A DNA stretch of 63,337 nt, counting the filler, from Candidatus Woesearchaeota archaeon (lineage in GTDB: Archaea > Nanobdellota > Nanobdellia > Woesearchaeales > GCA-2685855), in assembly GCA_002685855.1 (NCBI GenBank). It is 6 parts of 6 records of this genome, joined end to end, with 100 filler letters (N's around TTAATTAATTAA, not from the genome) between each part and the next. Parts side by side here need not be neighbours in the genome. Positions count along the whole stretch, not along the records: positions 9,141 to 15,289 come from NYYS01000027.1; positions 15,390 to 36,995 come from NYYS01000028.1; 4 more parts are not named here. One strand, 5' to 3'. This document shows positions 9,141-20,039 of the stretch, piece by piece. The first letter of the stretch is position 1; each line of letters starts with the position of its first letter. The position numbers and the translations under genes are program-made. The notes under the pieces were generated by a model that was given only the letters and a program-made list of their open reading frames with translations, was not told the origin of the DNA and did no database searches.

Positions 9141-12072
9141 AAGACGCGATGGTTAAAATAATATTGTTTTTTAGAAGAGACAGTTTTTTCAGTGAAGAGT
9201 TTGTAAAGAGAACCCGCATTTTTGATATTTCAAGAAGAAAAGAGGACTCAGGCGGGAGGGGGCCAAAGCGATCCCGAAGCCCCTTTTCAATAGCACGTAT
9301 TTTTTCTATTGAGTCTGCCATTGCGAGGGACTGATAATAATAAAGCCGGTCCTCAACAAGAGACACATAGCTTTCGGGCAACCCTGAATCAAAATCTGAA
9401 CTGATAATTGGTATAGATACGTTCTTTGTGTTTCCCCGCTCTTCGTCCAGGGCGTCCTTTAATATTTTATTATACATATGAAAACCAACGCTGGCAACGG
9501 CGCCACTTTGTTTCGTTCCAAAGAGATCACCGGCTCCCCGTATGTCCATGTCTTTTAGTGCTATTTTGTAGCCAGAGCCAAGGCGCGTGTTTTGCTCAAG
9601 GGTTTTTAGTCTCTGAAAGGAGGCCCCCTCTAGCCTCGTGCCACTAGGGATTAATAAGTAACAAAAGGCCTGGCGCCCACCCCTGCCAACCCTCCCCCGA
9701 AGCTGATAGAGCTGAGAGAGACCAAGTCGGTGGGCGTTGTTTATTATAATAGTGTTTGCATTTGAAATATCCAAGCCCGAACCAACAATGGTGGTACAAC
9801 ACAGAACCCCAATTTCGTTTTTAAAAAAACCAAGCATAACAGACTCAAGCGTCTTGCTTTTTGTTTTACCGTGAGCAACCTGGGTGCTAAGATGGGGAAA
9901 CCTTTTTTTTATTTTTTTTGCTAAGAAAGGAAGGGACTCAATATTGTTATTAACAAAATAAACCTGACCATCCCGGCTGGCCTCTCTCTTAATTATATTA
10001 AATATTTTTTCCCAGTCGAAATAATGTAAGAACGTTTTAATTGGCCTTCTAGACCGCGGGGGTGTGTTAATATTGCTAATGTTTTTTAGCCCAACAAGAG
10101 ACTGTTTTAATGTTCTAGGAATTGGGGTTGCTGTGAGAGTTAAAATGTCAACAGTGGGCCTCAACGACTTAATCTTTTCTTTATGCTTTACACCAAAACG
10201 GTGCTCCTCGTCTATAACAATGAGCCCCAAGGTTTCTGTGTAAACGTCATCCGATATTAGCCTGTGGGTGCCAACAAGAACATCAACCTTACCCCCGGCA
10301 AGGGCACCAATAATTTTTGTTTGCTCTCTTTTTGTTCGAAATCGAGACAAAAGTTCTACAACAACACCAAGGGGAGAAAGGCGCCGCCCAAAACTGATAT
10401 AGTGTTGGTTTGCCAAAACGGTTGTTGGGGCCATGACAAAAACCACACGACCACTTTCAACCGCCCTTATTGCCGCACGGAGAGCTATCTCAGTTTTTCC
10501 ATACCCAACGTCTCCACAAACCATTCTGTCCATTGGGAGGTCTTTTTCCATGTCGGAGTCAATATCGCACAAGGCGGCCCCCTGTCCGACTGTTTCTTGA
10601 AAAGGAAAAGAACCACAGACGGCCCGATAAAAATCCCCTTTCTTTTGGTAAACAAAACCCCTAGGGCTCTGTCTTAACGCATGTGTTTTAAGAAGGTCTT
10701 TAGCAATAGAGCGAGCATGCTTTTTTATTTTATCTTTTTTCCTTTTCCACGACCCAGCCCCCAACGACGAAAGCCTTACAGAGCCCTTCTTGATTCCAAC
10801 AAGCCGATGTAGCCTGTTAAAGCTGTGGGCAGGAACGAAAACAGAACCACCATCTGCATATTTAATTTTAATACAATCACTACCACCCGCTTTTCCTATT
10901 CCGCGATAAACGCCAATTCCAAACTCCTCGTGCACGATGTTTTCTCCCCACACGAGGTCTGAAATGTCGATAATTTCGTTTTGTTGTTCTACTGGATCTC
11001 CGTAAACAGCCCAGCGAGACCTGACGCCCCCAGAAGAACCCGAAAGACCCCCATACCCAAAAACGACCATGCCAGCGCGAGCCAAAACAAAGCCCTTTTC
11101 TAGGGCTGCTTCAATTTTTTTCGCGGTGTAACCGGAAGGCAAAAAGGGGGAGGTTTTTGAACCAGAGTTGCGCTCAGAAAATAAAAAAAAACAAACAGAA
11201 GACTTTTCTTTAATGACCCTTTTTATAGACTTTGTGGACACCCCTTCAGACTCTAAGGGTAGGGCAGAAGAGCCCGGGCCGCCAAGACATACCCGATACC
11301 CACCGTTGGTACTGCGCTCAACACTATATACATTAAATGAGTCATTAAAAGAAACAAAAGAGAAAAGGGTTTCCTCTTTCTTTTTGTTTTTTATAAGCCG
11401 AGGAAGTAAAATAATTTTACTTAAGGCCCTAACCGTTCTCTGTGACTGAGGATTAAACAACCGAATAGAGTCTATTATATCACTAAAAAACTCTATTCGA
11501 ACAGGGTTTCTTGAATGAACAAGGTAAGCATCTAAAATCCCCCCCCTAATAGCATAATCTAAGGGGCTTTCAACACGATCTGTTTTTTTGTATCCCCAAT
11601 GATCTAAAAATTGAACAAGAGCGCCCATCTTTAATGTTTGTTTTAGGCAAACAGGGAGCTCCTTGTCGTTCGTATTAACACGAAGGGGGCGTGCTCGCTG
11701 TAGGGCAGAAACAGTTGTAAACACCCTTCCACCTCGATCCTTAGAAAACAAAACAGACATGGCCTCTTCGGCGTAGCGCTGGCTCTCTGAAACAAACCCG
11801 GGAACACGATCTTTTTTAGGTTCCAGGCCCGGCAAAAGAAAAGAGGAGCCAGGACAGAGCCCATAGGATGTTGTATATAGTCGGCGTGAGGTTTTTTCGT
11901 CTGGGGAGATTATAACAAAAACACCAACAGAGTTTGAATAGGAAAGTATTGTTATTGCGGCGGCCTCCAAAGAAAGAGAGCCCGCATCTTTTGTTTTTGT
12001 TGTTAGGGTTGTTTTTTTATATAATCTTAAAAAGTCGTCTATTGAACAAAAGACTGTTTCACGTGAAACCAT
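9141..12072 (-). CDS. mfd: Transcription-repair coupling factor (bacterial), 3'-truncated
   Basis: UvrB-homology RGGILD, CarD-like VHEEFGIG, GDVGYGKTE, DEEHRFGV, TATPIPRT, QLRGRVGR, DMDIRGAG. Confidence 0.95.
12055..12070. promoter_or_regulatory. parS: parS site (ParB binding) overlapping the mfd start
   Basis: TGTTTCACGTGAAACC, 15/16 match to the consensus TGTTTCACGTGAAACA; encodes the N-terminal MVSRET. Confidence 0.85.
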
Positions 12073-12075
12073 AGA

Positions 12076-13956
12076 CTATTTATACAGAAAGACAGATAAA
12101 ACCGCAATGTCAGATGGGTTAACACCAGAAACTCTCATTGCCTGGCCAAGGGTTTCCGGCCTGATTGTTGACAGTTTTTCTTTTGCTTCTGAAGAAAGGC
12201 CAACAACCCCCTTGTAATCAAAATCACTGGGAATCTTTTTTTTGTTTATTGAAGACAGTTTTTTTATTTGTTCCTTCTGGCGCTTTATATACCCATCATA
12301 CTTGATTATCGTTTCTGCCTCAAGAACTGCCTCCTCAATTAGAGGGAGAAAAAGATCAGAGCCTTTTAGTGCGACATTTAAAACAGTGTCCTTAAAGTCT
12401 TTTATAGATATGCCGGGCCTTTTTAAAATAACCTTTATTGGTTTTTTTTGTTTAACCAGAGGCTCTCCTTTTTTTCGTAAAACACGGTTTAGGGCCTTCG
12501 GGCCCAGGGAGATCCGGGTAGAGTCGACCACGGCACGAGTAAGGTCTGTTTTTTTTTGAAGAAGAGAAAGCTCTGTTTTTGTTAAAAGGTTGTGTTTGTC
12601 AGAATGTTTAATGAGTCGTCTTTCCGCATTAGAATATCGAAGAAGCAAGCGGTATTCTGCTCTGGAGGTGAACATTCGATAGGGCTCAAGCGTGTCCTTT
12701 GTTGTAAGGTCGTCAAGCATTACCCCAAGATAAGAGTCCTCCCTAGACAGAAGAAGAGGCCTTTTGTTCAAAACAAACATAGCGGAATTTATGCCTGCGA
12801 CAAGCCCCTGGCCGGCGGCCTCCTCGTATCCAGAGGTTCCATTTATTTGTCCTGCTAAAAACAACCCAGAGAGGGCCTTAGACTCAAGAGTTCTTTTAAG
12901 TTGAGATGGCGGAAAAAAATCATATTCGATTGCATAACCGGGCCGCAAAAGCTCAAGGTTTTTGAGGGCAGGAACCTCCCTTAGGGCCTTTATTTGTGTG
13001 GACATCGGAAGGCTTGTAGAAAAACCATTTAAATAAACCTGATTTGAATTGTGCCACTCCGGCTCAAGATAAAGATAGTGTTCGTCTCTCTTTGGAAAAC
13101 GATATATTTTATCCTCAATTGAGGGACAGTATCTGGGGCCACGCCCCACAATATCCCCGGTGAACATAGGGGAAAGGTGCATGTTTTTGTTTATTGTTTT
13201 ATGGGAGGCCGCGTTTGTTTTTGTTATATAACAGGGCAAGTTTGGGGAAGTAAAAACAGAAGTAAAATAAGAAAAAGGAGAAGGATCTTTGTCACCAAGG
13301 GAAACCGAACACTTAGAAAAGTCTATTGAAGACGTTTTTATGCGTGGAGGGGTTCCTGTTTTTAGTCTTGACGATGAGAAGCCAAGAGAGTGCAAAGACT
13401 CAGTAATACCGTGACTGTGTTTTTCCCCCATCCTTCCGGCTCTTGTTTTTTGCTCTCCAACATGTATGAGTCCATTTAGGAAGGTCCCGCAGGTTATAAT
13501 AAGTGCACGGCAAAACAGTTTTTCTCCTGACAACAAAACAACCCCGGAGACACCCCCTCCGGATGTGTTTATTTTTACAACCTCCCCCCGTAAAACAGAT
13601 AAACCTTCAGACAAAGAAACCCTGCGCAACACTTCTTGCTCATATTTTCTCTTGTCAATCTGGGCCCTTGGTGACCACACCGCCCTTCCCTTGGACCTGT
13701 TCAGCATTTTATATTGAAGAGCAGAGATGTCAGACACTCTTCCCATAACCCCACCAAGAACATCTATTTCTCGAACAAGCTGGCCCTTTGCAAGGCCACC
13801 AATGGAGGGATTGCAAGACATTCTACCAACCGCCCTTGGGTTGATAGTTACAAGAGAAACAGAAAGGCCTAGCTTTACACAAACTAAAGAGGCCTCTGCT
13901 CCAGCGTGCCCCCCGCCTACCACAATAACATCAAAAAACGGAGATGAGGGTTTCAC
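12076..13956 (-). CDS. mnmG: tRNA uridine-34 modification enzyme MnmG/GidA (bacterial)
   Basis: VVGGGHAGAEA, MSCNPSIGGLAKG, RLKTGTPPR, GPRYCPSIEDK, GQINGTSGYEEAA, RMFTSRAEYRL. Confidence 0.98.
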   Translation of the reverse strand: MKPSSPFFDVIVVGGGHAGAEASLVCVKLGLSVSLVTINPRAVGRMSCNPSIGGLAKGQLVREIDVLGGVMGRVSDISALQYKMLNRSKGRAVWSPRAQIDKRKYEQEVLRRVSLSEGLSVLRGEVVKINTSGGGVSGVVLLSGEKLFCRALIITCGTFLNGLIHVGEQKTRAGRMGEKHSHGITESLHSLGFSSSRLKTGTPPRIKTSSIDFSKCSVSLGDKDPSPFSYFTSVFTSPNLPCYITKTNAASHKTINKNMHLSPMFTGDIVGRGPRYCPSIEDKIYRFPKRDEHYLYLEPEWHNSNQVYLNGFSTSLPMSTQIKALREVPALKNLELLRPGYAIEYDFFPPSQLKRTLESKALSGLFLAGQINGTSGYEEAAGQGLVAGINSAMFVLNKRPLLLSREDSYLGVMLDDLTTKDTLEPYRMFTSRAEYRLLLRYSNAERRLIKHSDKHNLLTKTELSLLQKKTDLTRAVVDSTRISLGPKALNRVLRKKGEPLVKQKKPIKVILKRPGISIKDFKDTVLNVALKGSDLFLPLIEEAVLEAETIIKYDGYIKRQKEQIKKLSSINKKKIPSDFDYKGVVGLSSEAKEKLSTIRPETLGQAMRVSGVNPSDIAVLSVFLYK

Positions 13957-13964
13957 GTGAAACT
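13949..13964. promoter_or_regulatory. parS: parS site at the mnmE/mnmG junction
   Basis: GGTTTCACGTGAAACT with perfect 14-bp core GTTTCACGTGAAAC; overlaps the mnmE stop and the mnmG GTG start. Confidence 0.8.
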
Positions 13965-15288
13965 ATTTTCCTACACAAAAAGAACTAAAAACACTGTCAA
14001 GAATTTCATCAGTAGATGTTTTTCCAAGCACAACATCTATTTGTTCCAGCGCATCACGAAGTTCAAGAGATACAAGCTCGAGCTGGGGGTTACCCTTAAA
14101 AGAAAGCAGGCGCATTGATTTTTGAACGCAACGGTCTGTTTTTTTCAGAATAGCGCTTTGTCTGCCCGTAGCGACAGGGACAAGAGGGCTAAGGGAAGAA
14201 AAAAGCCCCATGTGTTTTTGAAGGGCCTTTAATAGGGCCGGAATACCAAAAGAGGTTTTAGCTGAGATAATACATGCGCCAGGAAACCTGTTTTTGAAAT
14301 CATAAATTTTTTTCTTACTACAGAGATCGGCCTTGGTTATTACGTGAACAGTGGGGCCGCTAGAAACATTGAGGTGTTTTTTCTTAATAGGTTCGTCTGC
14401 CGGTGTAAGCGTAAGCACGCAGTCTGATCTGTTTATTTCTTTTTTTGTTCGAATCACCCCCTCTTTTTCAATTTTATTTTTTGACACACGAAGGCCTGCC
14501 GTGTCTATAAGGGTAACAGGGGTTCCTCCTATTGATATAGAGGCCCGAACAGTGTCTCTGGTTGTTCCTGCCTCAGGGCCGGTAATAGCCCTGTCAATTC
14601 CAGACATACAATTAAGGAGCGTTGATTTTCCTACGTTTGGCGCACCGCAAATCACAACGTTTGCCCCCTCGTTTAACATTCGAACCGAGCTGTGGCCCTC
14701 TAGGGCGCTCTTTATGGTTGTTTGGATGTTTTTAAGGGCCGACAGGGAACCAGAAACAAGGTCGGGCTGTAGGTCTTCTTCGCTTATGTCTAGTTCAAAC
14801 TCAATCCTTACCAAAAGGCCCTTTATTTCTTTTTTTATGGCTTTCATTTTTTTTGACAACTCACCATGAAGTATTTTAAAATTTAAAGATACACCCTCCT
14901 CAGTTTTAGCGTGAATTAAAGAGGCAACGGCCTCTGCCTGAATTAGGTCAATTTTTCCATTAAGAAAGGCTCTTTTGGTGAACTCTCCAGGGTCGGCCGG
15001 ACGAGCCCCAGTTACACAGCACAAAGAAACAACCCGACTAATAACCGAAGGGTTTCCGTGGCAAGAAATTTCTATAACATTTTCACCGGTATAGGAGTGG
15101 GGTTTTTTAAAAAAAGTTATAATGCCCTCTTCAAAGGGAATACCATCACCGTCAAAAAGCTTAACAAGAGTAACTGCTTGATGTTTGAACGGGTCTTTTT
15201 TTTTGTCGGTTAAGGATATTTTTCTAATTATATTTTTAGAGTCTGGCCCACTTATTCTAACCACAGATATCCCGCCGAAACCGTGCGG
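13963..15288 (-). CDS. mnmE: tRNA modification GTPase MnmE/TrmE (bacterial), 5'-truncated
   Basis: GGISVVRISG, SYTGENVIEISCHG, GEFTKRAFLNGK, GAPNVGKS, GTTRD, DTAG, C-terminal FCVGK. Confidence 0.97.
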   Translation of the reverse strand, partial: PHGFGGISVVRISGPDSKNIIRKISLTDKKKDPFKHQAVTLVKLFDGDGIPFEEGIITFFKKPHSYTGENVIEISCHGNPSVISRVVSLCCVTGARPADPGEFTKRAFLNGKIDLIQAEAVASLIHAKTEEGVSLNFKILHGELSKKMKAIKKEIKGLLVRIEFELDISEEDLQPDLVSGSLSALKNIQTTIKSALEGHSSVRMLNEGANVVICGAPNVGKSTLLNCMSGIDRAITGPEAGTTRDTVRASISIGGTPVTLIDTAGLRVSKNKIEKEGVIRTKKEINRSDCVLTLTPADEPIKKKHLNVSSGPTVHVITKADLCSKKKIYDFKNRFPGACIISAKTSFGIPALLKALQKHMGLFSSLSPLVPVATGRQSAILKKTDRCVQKSMRLLSFKGNPQLELVSLELRDALEQIDVVLGKTSTDEILDSVFSSFCVGK

Positions 15289-15289
15289 G

Positions 15290-15389
15290 NNNNNNNNNNN
15301 NNNNNNNNNNNNNNNNNNNNNNNNNNNNNNNNNTTAATTAATTAANNNNNNNNNNNNNNNNNNNNNNNNNNNNNNNNNNNNNNNNNNNN
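15290..15389. other. Artificial contig linker
   Basis: 44 N + TTAATTAATTAA + 44 N. Confidence 0.98.
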
Positions 15390-15390
15390 A

Positions 15391-16677
15391 ACAACAGACC
15401 TTGTCTTTAAGAACAGAGGAGACACCAGCTACGACCTCGAGTTTACCAACATTGAAGGGACTGAGTACAGCTTCCCCCTCATAACAAACAGAGGTGGAAC
15501 CTACAAGTTTGGAGACAACACCAAAGACACACACCTTATTGAGGGTTTCAACATTACACGAAACGACTACTTTGTTGTATCAGATGATACTGACGACACA
15601 GCCGTTACCAAAGTGTTGAAGTATGACAGTATTGATACAGCCTCAAAAAAGGTAACCTTCACAGATCTTGGTGACAGCAGCAAACCAACAGGAACCTACA
15701 CAACTGCGGTTGCAGATGGTGGAAGTTCTGCGGCAACCGTCAACATCGGAGGAACAACCTACAACTTTAACATCTTCAGGCAAGGGTCAACATACAACCT
15801 GAAATTTGACCTGAACGGTGGTGGATCAGTAGGTACAGATGATAGACCGGTTATCGTGACCAAGGGAGGAGGAATTCTCTACCTCATGGGTACAGCCAAC
15901 CAGACACAGCTCGGTGGAAGTAGCCTAAACGTGACTCAGGCTAATAATACAAATAACTTGGGCTTTGCACAAGGAAATGTAAGTGGAAATGTCGGTTTCG
16001 GTTTTAGAACAATGTCTAAAAACATTGATGACTCCACTGTAGGCGATCTCTATGTCAACTGGACTGTGACGAACAGAACAAACAATGAAGTCGGATTAAA
16101 CACGCCGAACGGAACAAACATGTCTGCTTTGATCAACCATGATGGCAATGATGAGTTGAACTCTGCACAGGACAGGTATGGAACGTTGATTGTTTACACA
16201 AACCCTTCATCCAGTGACCAGTCGGAAAAGATAGAAATAACCTATCCAACACAGCAGCTGGAAGCACAGGTCTTTGCAGTTGGTGAATCCTACACCACAA
16301 CAACAACAGAAGTAGGAAATGCATTTGTTGTTAACGAAATTGCAGTAGGAGCAGCCGTACTAGATGTAGACGCACCCGCCGTAGGAAGTAAGCCATTAAT
16401 CGTTGTTGGTGGACCAAGCATCAACACCGTAGCAGCTGAACTTATGGGTAACCCGACACAGGAAGAAGTTCTCGAACTCTTCTCAGCCGGAAAAGCAGTT
16501 ATCAAGCTATACGAGACAGACAATGCACTGCTCGTAGCAGGATATGAAGCTTTGGAAACCCAGGGAGCAGCACGTGTGCTTGCAAACTATGATGAGTATG
16601 AGCTTACCGGATCAGAGGTTGAAGTCGTTGTACCCAGCCTTACAGATCTCAGCGTAACCGCAGTCTCATCAGAGTAA
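15391..16677 (+). CDS. S-layer protein, C-terminal part (5'-truncated)
   Basis: Frame open from the contig start; C-terminal AVLD...LIVVGGPSINTVAAELMG...LLVAGYEA.ET..AA.VL typical of archaeal S-layer proteins; many N-x-S/T sequons. Confidence 0.85.
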   Translation, partial: TTDLVFKNRGDTSYDLEFTNIEGTEYSFPLITNRGGTYKFGDNTKDTHLIEGFNITRNDYFVVSDDTDDTAVTKVLKYDSIDTASKKVTFTDLGDSSKPTGTYTTAVADGGSSAATVNIGGTTYNFNIFRQGSTYNLKFDLNGGGSVGTDDRPVIVTKGGGILYLMGTANQTQLGGSSLNVTQANNTNNLGFAQGNVSGNVGFGFRTMSKNIDDSTVGDLYVNWTVTNRTNNEVGLNTPNGTNMSALINHDGNDELNSAQDRYGTLIVYTNPSSSDQSEKIEITYPTQQLEAQVFAVGESYTTTTTEVGNAFVVNEIAVGAAVLDVDAPAVGSKPLIVVGGPSINTVAAELMGNPTQEEVLELFSAGKAVIKLYETDNALLVAGYEALETQGAARVLANYDEYELTGSEVEVVVPSLTDLSVTAVSSE

Positions 16678-16697
16678 ACCTGCTGAGTAAACAAAAC

Positions 16698-16730
16698 CTT
16701 TTTTATTTTTTTTCTCTTTTCTTTTTTTAT
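16698..16730 (+). terminator. Oligo-T archaeal terminator after the S-layer gene
   Basis: tttttttattttttttctcttttctttttttat-type T tract about 20 nt after the stop. Confidence 0.6.
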
Positions 16731-16806
16731 TAAACAACCTCCAGAGAGTATTCTATCAAAAACTTTTTAAATGAATTTTTCTAAAAAAAGAAAAAAGAGG
16801 CCATCA

Positions 16807-18756
16807 ATGAAAAAATTCCTACTCCCTGTTTTATTCATACTTCTTATTCTGCCCTCTTTATCTGCAGAAGAAACCCCTTTCTATGATGAATGGGTGCACT
16901 CCTCAGAAAGCTTTACAATAGGCGAGGATGTATATTATGTCTATTATTTTCCTGAAATGAGTAGCATAACCCTCAAGGTTAACGAAAAAAGCTATGTAAT
17001 ACGTCAAGAAAACTGTGAAAAAGATCTTTACAATAATTACTGTTATATGGCGAATGTAACAGATCCTAATGATGAAACTTATGGTCAATATGTCAAGTTT
17101 GAAAAAGGACGACGCTACGCAGGTTTAAACCTCCAATTCTTCAAAATAGAACCCGACCTGACAATCGAACGAGACTTCGAGCTTACCACTTTCGAACCAA
17201 CACAAGAATCGAAAGTAACTGTCATCCTTACAAACGAAGGGAATGCCATCGCGCGAAACATTGTCTATGAAGACCATTTCCCCAAAGGAAACTTCTCTAT
17301 TGTTACCACAAACGTCCAAAAACTAAAAAATGGAATCCGCTGGGAAGGACGCATAGCACCAGGAGCAATAAAAACATTCACATACACTATTCGAGCAGAT
17401 GAATACACCTCCTACTCATCTACACCTTTACTAAACTACACCTATGAAGAACTCGACATAGAAACAGAAGGATCATCAACCACTCTTGACGTTCCCCAAC
17501 CCTACCTCATAACAACCACGATAACCCCCACAAATCCTGCCATCAACGAACTCATAGAATATGAAATCGAGATAGAAAACAAGGATGAAGATGATGATCT
17601 AGACTACGACCTTCTTCTCACCTTCCCATCTGCAGCAGTACGCACAACAGTCCCAAAAGGATTTACACGTGACAAAAACACCTACAGAAAAACAGGTACC
17701 CTGGAAGAGGAAGAAAAAACAAGCTACCTCTTCAAACTCAAAACACCTGCTGTAGGAAGCTATGTGATCAAAGCAGCTACAATTATCAACGTAGACAACA
17801 AAGTCCTTGAAGACTATGAAAACACCTCCTACACCGTTGGAAACTCATTAATCACCCCCATAATCATACTCCCCGACGTAGATATCCGATCAGGAAGAAA
17901 CTACTATCTCAGCCTCAGCCTAAAAAATGAAGACACATCCACAACCTATTACAAACTAAAAGGAACCATGACCTCTGACGCCTTTGACACAATCAGCATA
18001 TCAGAACCAGATCTCGCTCCTGGAAAAATCGTCTTAATCTATGAAGATGATCTCATCGCACTCGACGTAGACGAACGAACAAGTTATGAAATTGAAGTAA
18101 ATGGAACCTATGAAACCAAATATAGTGACGCCTTTGAATTTTATGGACAATCCAGCATAAGCTTTGAACCGGTAGAAGACACCTTCTCAATAACAAGAAC
18201 ACTCGATAAGGATATTGCACAACCAGGAGAAAACCTCACCATATCAGTTTCAGTAACAAACTTAAAAGATGACCAAGCTGAAATAGAAGTCATCGATTCC
18301 TATCCCGACAGACTTCCACTTCTCGGCGGAAACACACACGTCATTGAAGTCCTTGAATCAGACGAAAGCTTCGAAGCATACAGCTACAAACTCAAAATTC
18401 CCGAAGACTATGACCAAGAAGCCTTTGTAATCCAAACAGTACTTCACTACAAAGAAAAAAGCTATGTGCAACGACTCGACTCTAACATCACTGTCAACAT
18501 TACTCTGCCAGAAACAGAAGAAACCAACCAAACAGAAACCCTCCTTGACCTCTTTGAAGAAGAGCCTGAAGAAGAACAAGAAGAAAACCTTACAGAGACA
18601 CCACAAGAAGAGGAAAATATAACCGAAACACCTCCTAACATCGAAGAAGAACCTCAAACAGAAGAACAGCCCGAAGAAGAAACACCAGAACCCAAAGGAT
18701 TCATAGGAAAACTAACACATGAGATAAAAGGATTCTTCTCCTTCCTCTTTGGCTAA
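16807..18756 (+). CDS. Secreted protein with repeated Ig-like (DUF11/BatD-like) domains and an acidic tail
   Basis: Signal peptide MKKFLLPVLFILLILPSLSA; repeats such as VTVILTNEG and PGENLTISVSVTN; E/P/T-rich tail; C-terminal KGFFSFLFG. Confidence 0.75.
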   Translation: MKKFLLPVLFILLILPSLSAEETPFYDEWVHSSESFTIGEDVYYVYYFPEMSSITLKVNEKSYVIRQENCEKDLYNNYCYMANVTDPNDETYGQYVKFEKGRRYAGLNLQFFKIEPDLTIERDFELTTFEPTQESKVTVILTNEGNAIARNIVYEDHFPKGNFSIVTTNVQKLKNGIRWEGRIAPGAIKTFTYTIRADEYTSYSSTPLLNYTYEELDIETEGSSTTLDVPQPYLITTTITPTNPAINELIEYEIEIENKDEDDDLDYDLLLTFPSAAVRTTVPKGFTRDKNTYRKTGTLEEEEKTSYLFKLKTPAVGSYVIKAATIINVDNKVLEDYENTSYTVGNSLITPIIILPDVDIRSGRNYYLSLSLKNEDTSTTYYKLKGTMTSDAFDTISISEPDLAPGKIVLIYEDDLIALDVDERTSYEIEVNGTYETKYSDAFEFYGQSSISFEPVEDTFSITRTLDKDIAQPGENLTISVSVTNLKDDQAEIEVIDSYPDRLPLLGGNTHVIEVLESDESFEAYSYKLKIPEDYDQEAFVIQTVLHYKEKSYVQRLDSNITVNITLPETEETNQTETLLDLFEEEPEEEQEENLTETPQEEENITETPPNIEEEPQTEEQPEEETPEPKGFIGKLTHEIKGFFSFLFG

Positions 18757-19955
18757 ACAACCCCCAAAAAGATATTGTGTTTATCCCGAACAATTCTCAC
18801 CTTTATCATACCAGAACTTTTACTACTCCCTCTCACTGTAATACAACGATCCTTAGCAACTGCAATCACCTCACCACTATACCTTCCCTGTGCAACAATT
18901 TCACACTCAACAAGATCGTTCTTCCGAAACGGCTTTTCAGGAGAAAGATCATTCACAATCTCAAAACTCAGATCAGCCTTACGCAACAACACCCCTGTCT
19001 TCTTCTCAACAACCGCAAGCATCCTATCAAACTCCTCGAAACTTCTTTCCTTAACAGGATTTCTTCCTCGCTTATAATTCAGAAAATTCTGCACACCAAT
19101 AGAAGGAAAACGCCTATTCTTCAATCCTTTAGCCAACCGAACAAGAGTTTCAACCTGATCATCATTAAAACCCGGAATAATCGTAGGAGCAATCACAATA
19201 TCAATCTTATCCTTTGCATATGCAACCATCTTCAACACATGATCTAAAGGATATACCTTTCCAGAAATCTTATCGGCCAACACCTTATCCATCGCATTCA
19301 ACGAAAGATTAATCTTATCCAATCCCGCATCAACCAACCCATCAATCAACTTCTTGGAAAGCAGCACCCCGTTGGTGTTAACAGACACACTATCAACATT
19401 GGTCAGCGACTTCACATCACGAACAAGATCAACAATCCTGCTATACAACAAGGGTTCACCCTGAGGATTAATATAGATATGAACAGGATGTTCCTTTACC
19501 CCAACAACCTTCTCAACACCCTCCACCAAATACTCCTCTTCAACTAAAAAATCAACCACCTTCTTATTATCCCCCTCACTCACACTACAATACACACAAC
19601 TAAGATTACACCCTGTCAACGGCTTTACCTCAATAAGATTCGTCCCCCTATCCACAATCCCAAACTCATTCACACCCAACAAGGGAATCCCTGAATTCCT
19701 ATGAACATAGATGGCCTTTTTACCACTAATCAAACTCTTTAATTCAACAAACGCACGATCCAACAAAAGAACCAGCCTGCGCTCAGCCCGCTTTTCAGGA
19801 CAATCAAACTCAATCCCCTCTTCTACCACCTTAAAAGAAGCAATACGCTCAAGATCCTCCCTCCTCAACCGTGCCAAAAAAAACTGATAGAGTCGAACCT
19901 CAACACCATCATCCACCTCTCTAAAACGCAAATCCTGAAACTTCACAAGAGCCAT
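18753..19955 (-). CDS. Archaeal radical SAM protein with C-terminal TRAM-like domain (COG2100-like)
   Basis: FGIVDRGTNLIEVKPLTGCNLSCVYCSV (CxxxCxxC), QGEPLLY, NTNG, RDKHNIF. Confidence 0.85.
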   Translation of the reverse strand: MALVKFQDLRFREVDDGVEVRLYQFFLARLRREDLERIASFKVVEEGIEFDCPEKRAERRLVLLLDRAFVELKSLISGKKAIYVHRNSGIPLLGVNEFGIVDRGTNLIEVKPLTGCNLSCVYCSVSEGDNKKVVDFLVEEEYLVEGVEKVVGVKEHPVHIYINPQGEPLLYSRIVDLVRDVKSLTNVDSVSVNTNGVLLSKKLIDGLVDAGLDKINLSLNAMDKVLADKISGKVYPLDHVLKMVAYAKDKIDIVIAPTIIPGFNDDQVETLVRLAKGLKNRRFPSIGVQNFLNYKRGRNPVKERSFEEFDRMLAVVEKKTGVLLRKADLSFEIVNDLSPEKPFRKNDLVECEIVAQGRYSGEVIAVAKDRCITVRGSSKSSGMIKVRIVRDKHNIFLGVV

Positions 19956-20039
19956 ACTTACGAAAATACCCCTTTTCTTTTAAATATGATCCTTTGCAAG
20001 AGGAAACAGATTTAAAAACAACCCATCTTTCCCCCTACC

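Noticed and set aside
14335..14350. Third parS-like sequence (GGTTATTACGTGAACA) in mnmE
   Set aside because: Too many mismatches and not palindromic.
9141..15289. Horizontal transfer of mfd/mnmG/mnmE into the archaeon
   Set aside because: No physical link to archaeal genes; parS sites and different composition point to a mis-binned bacterial contig.
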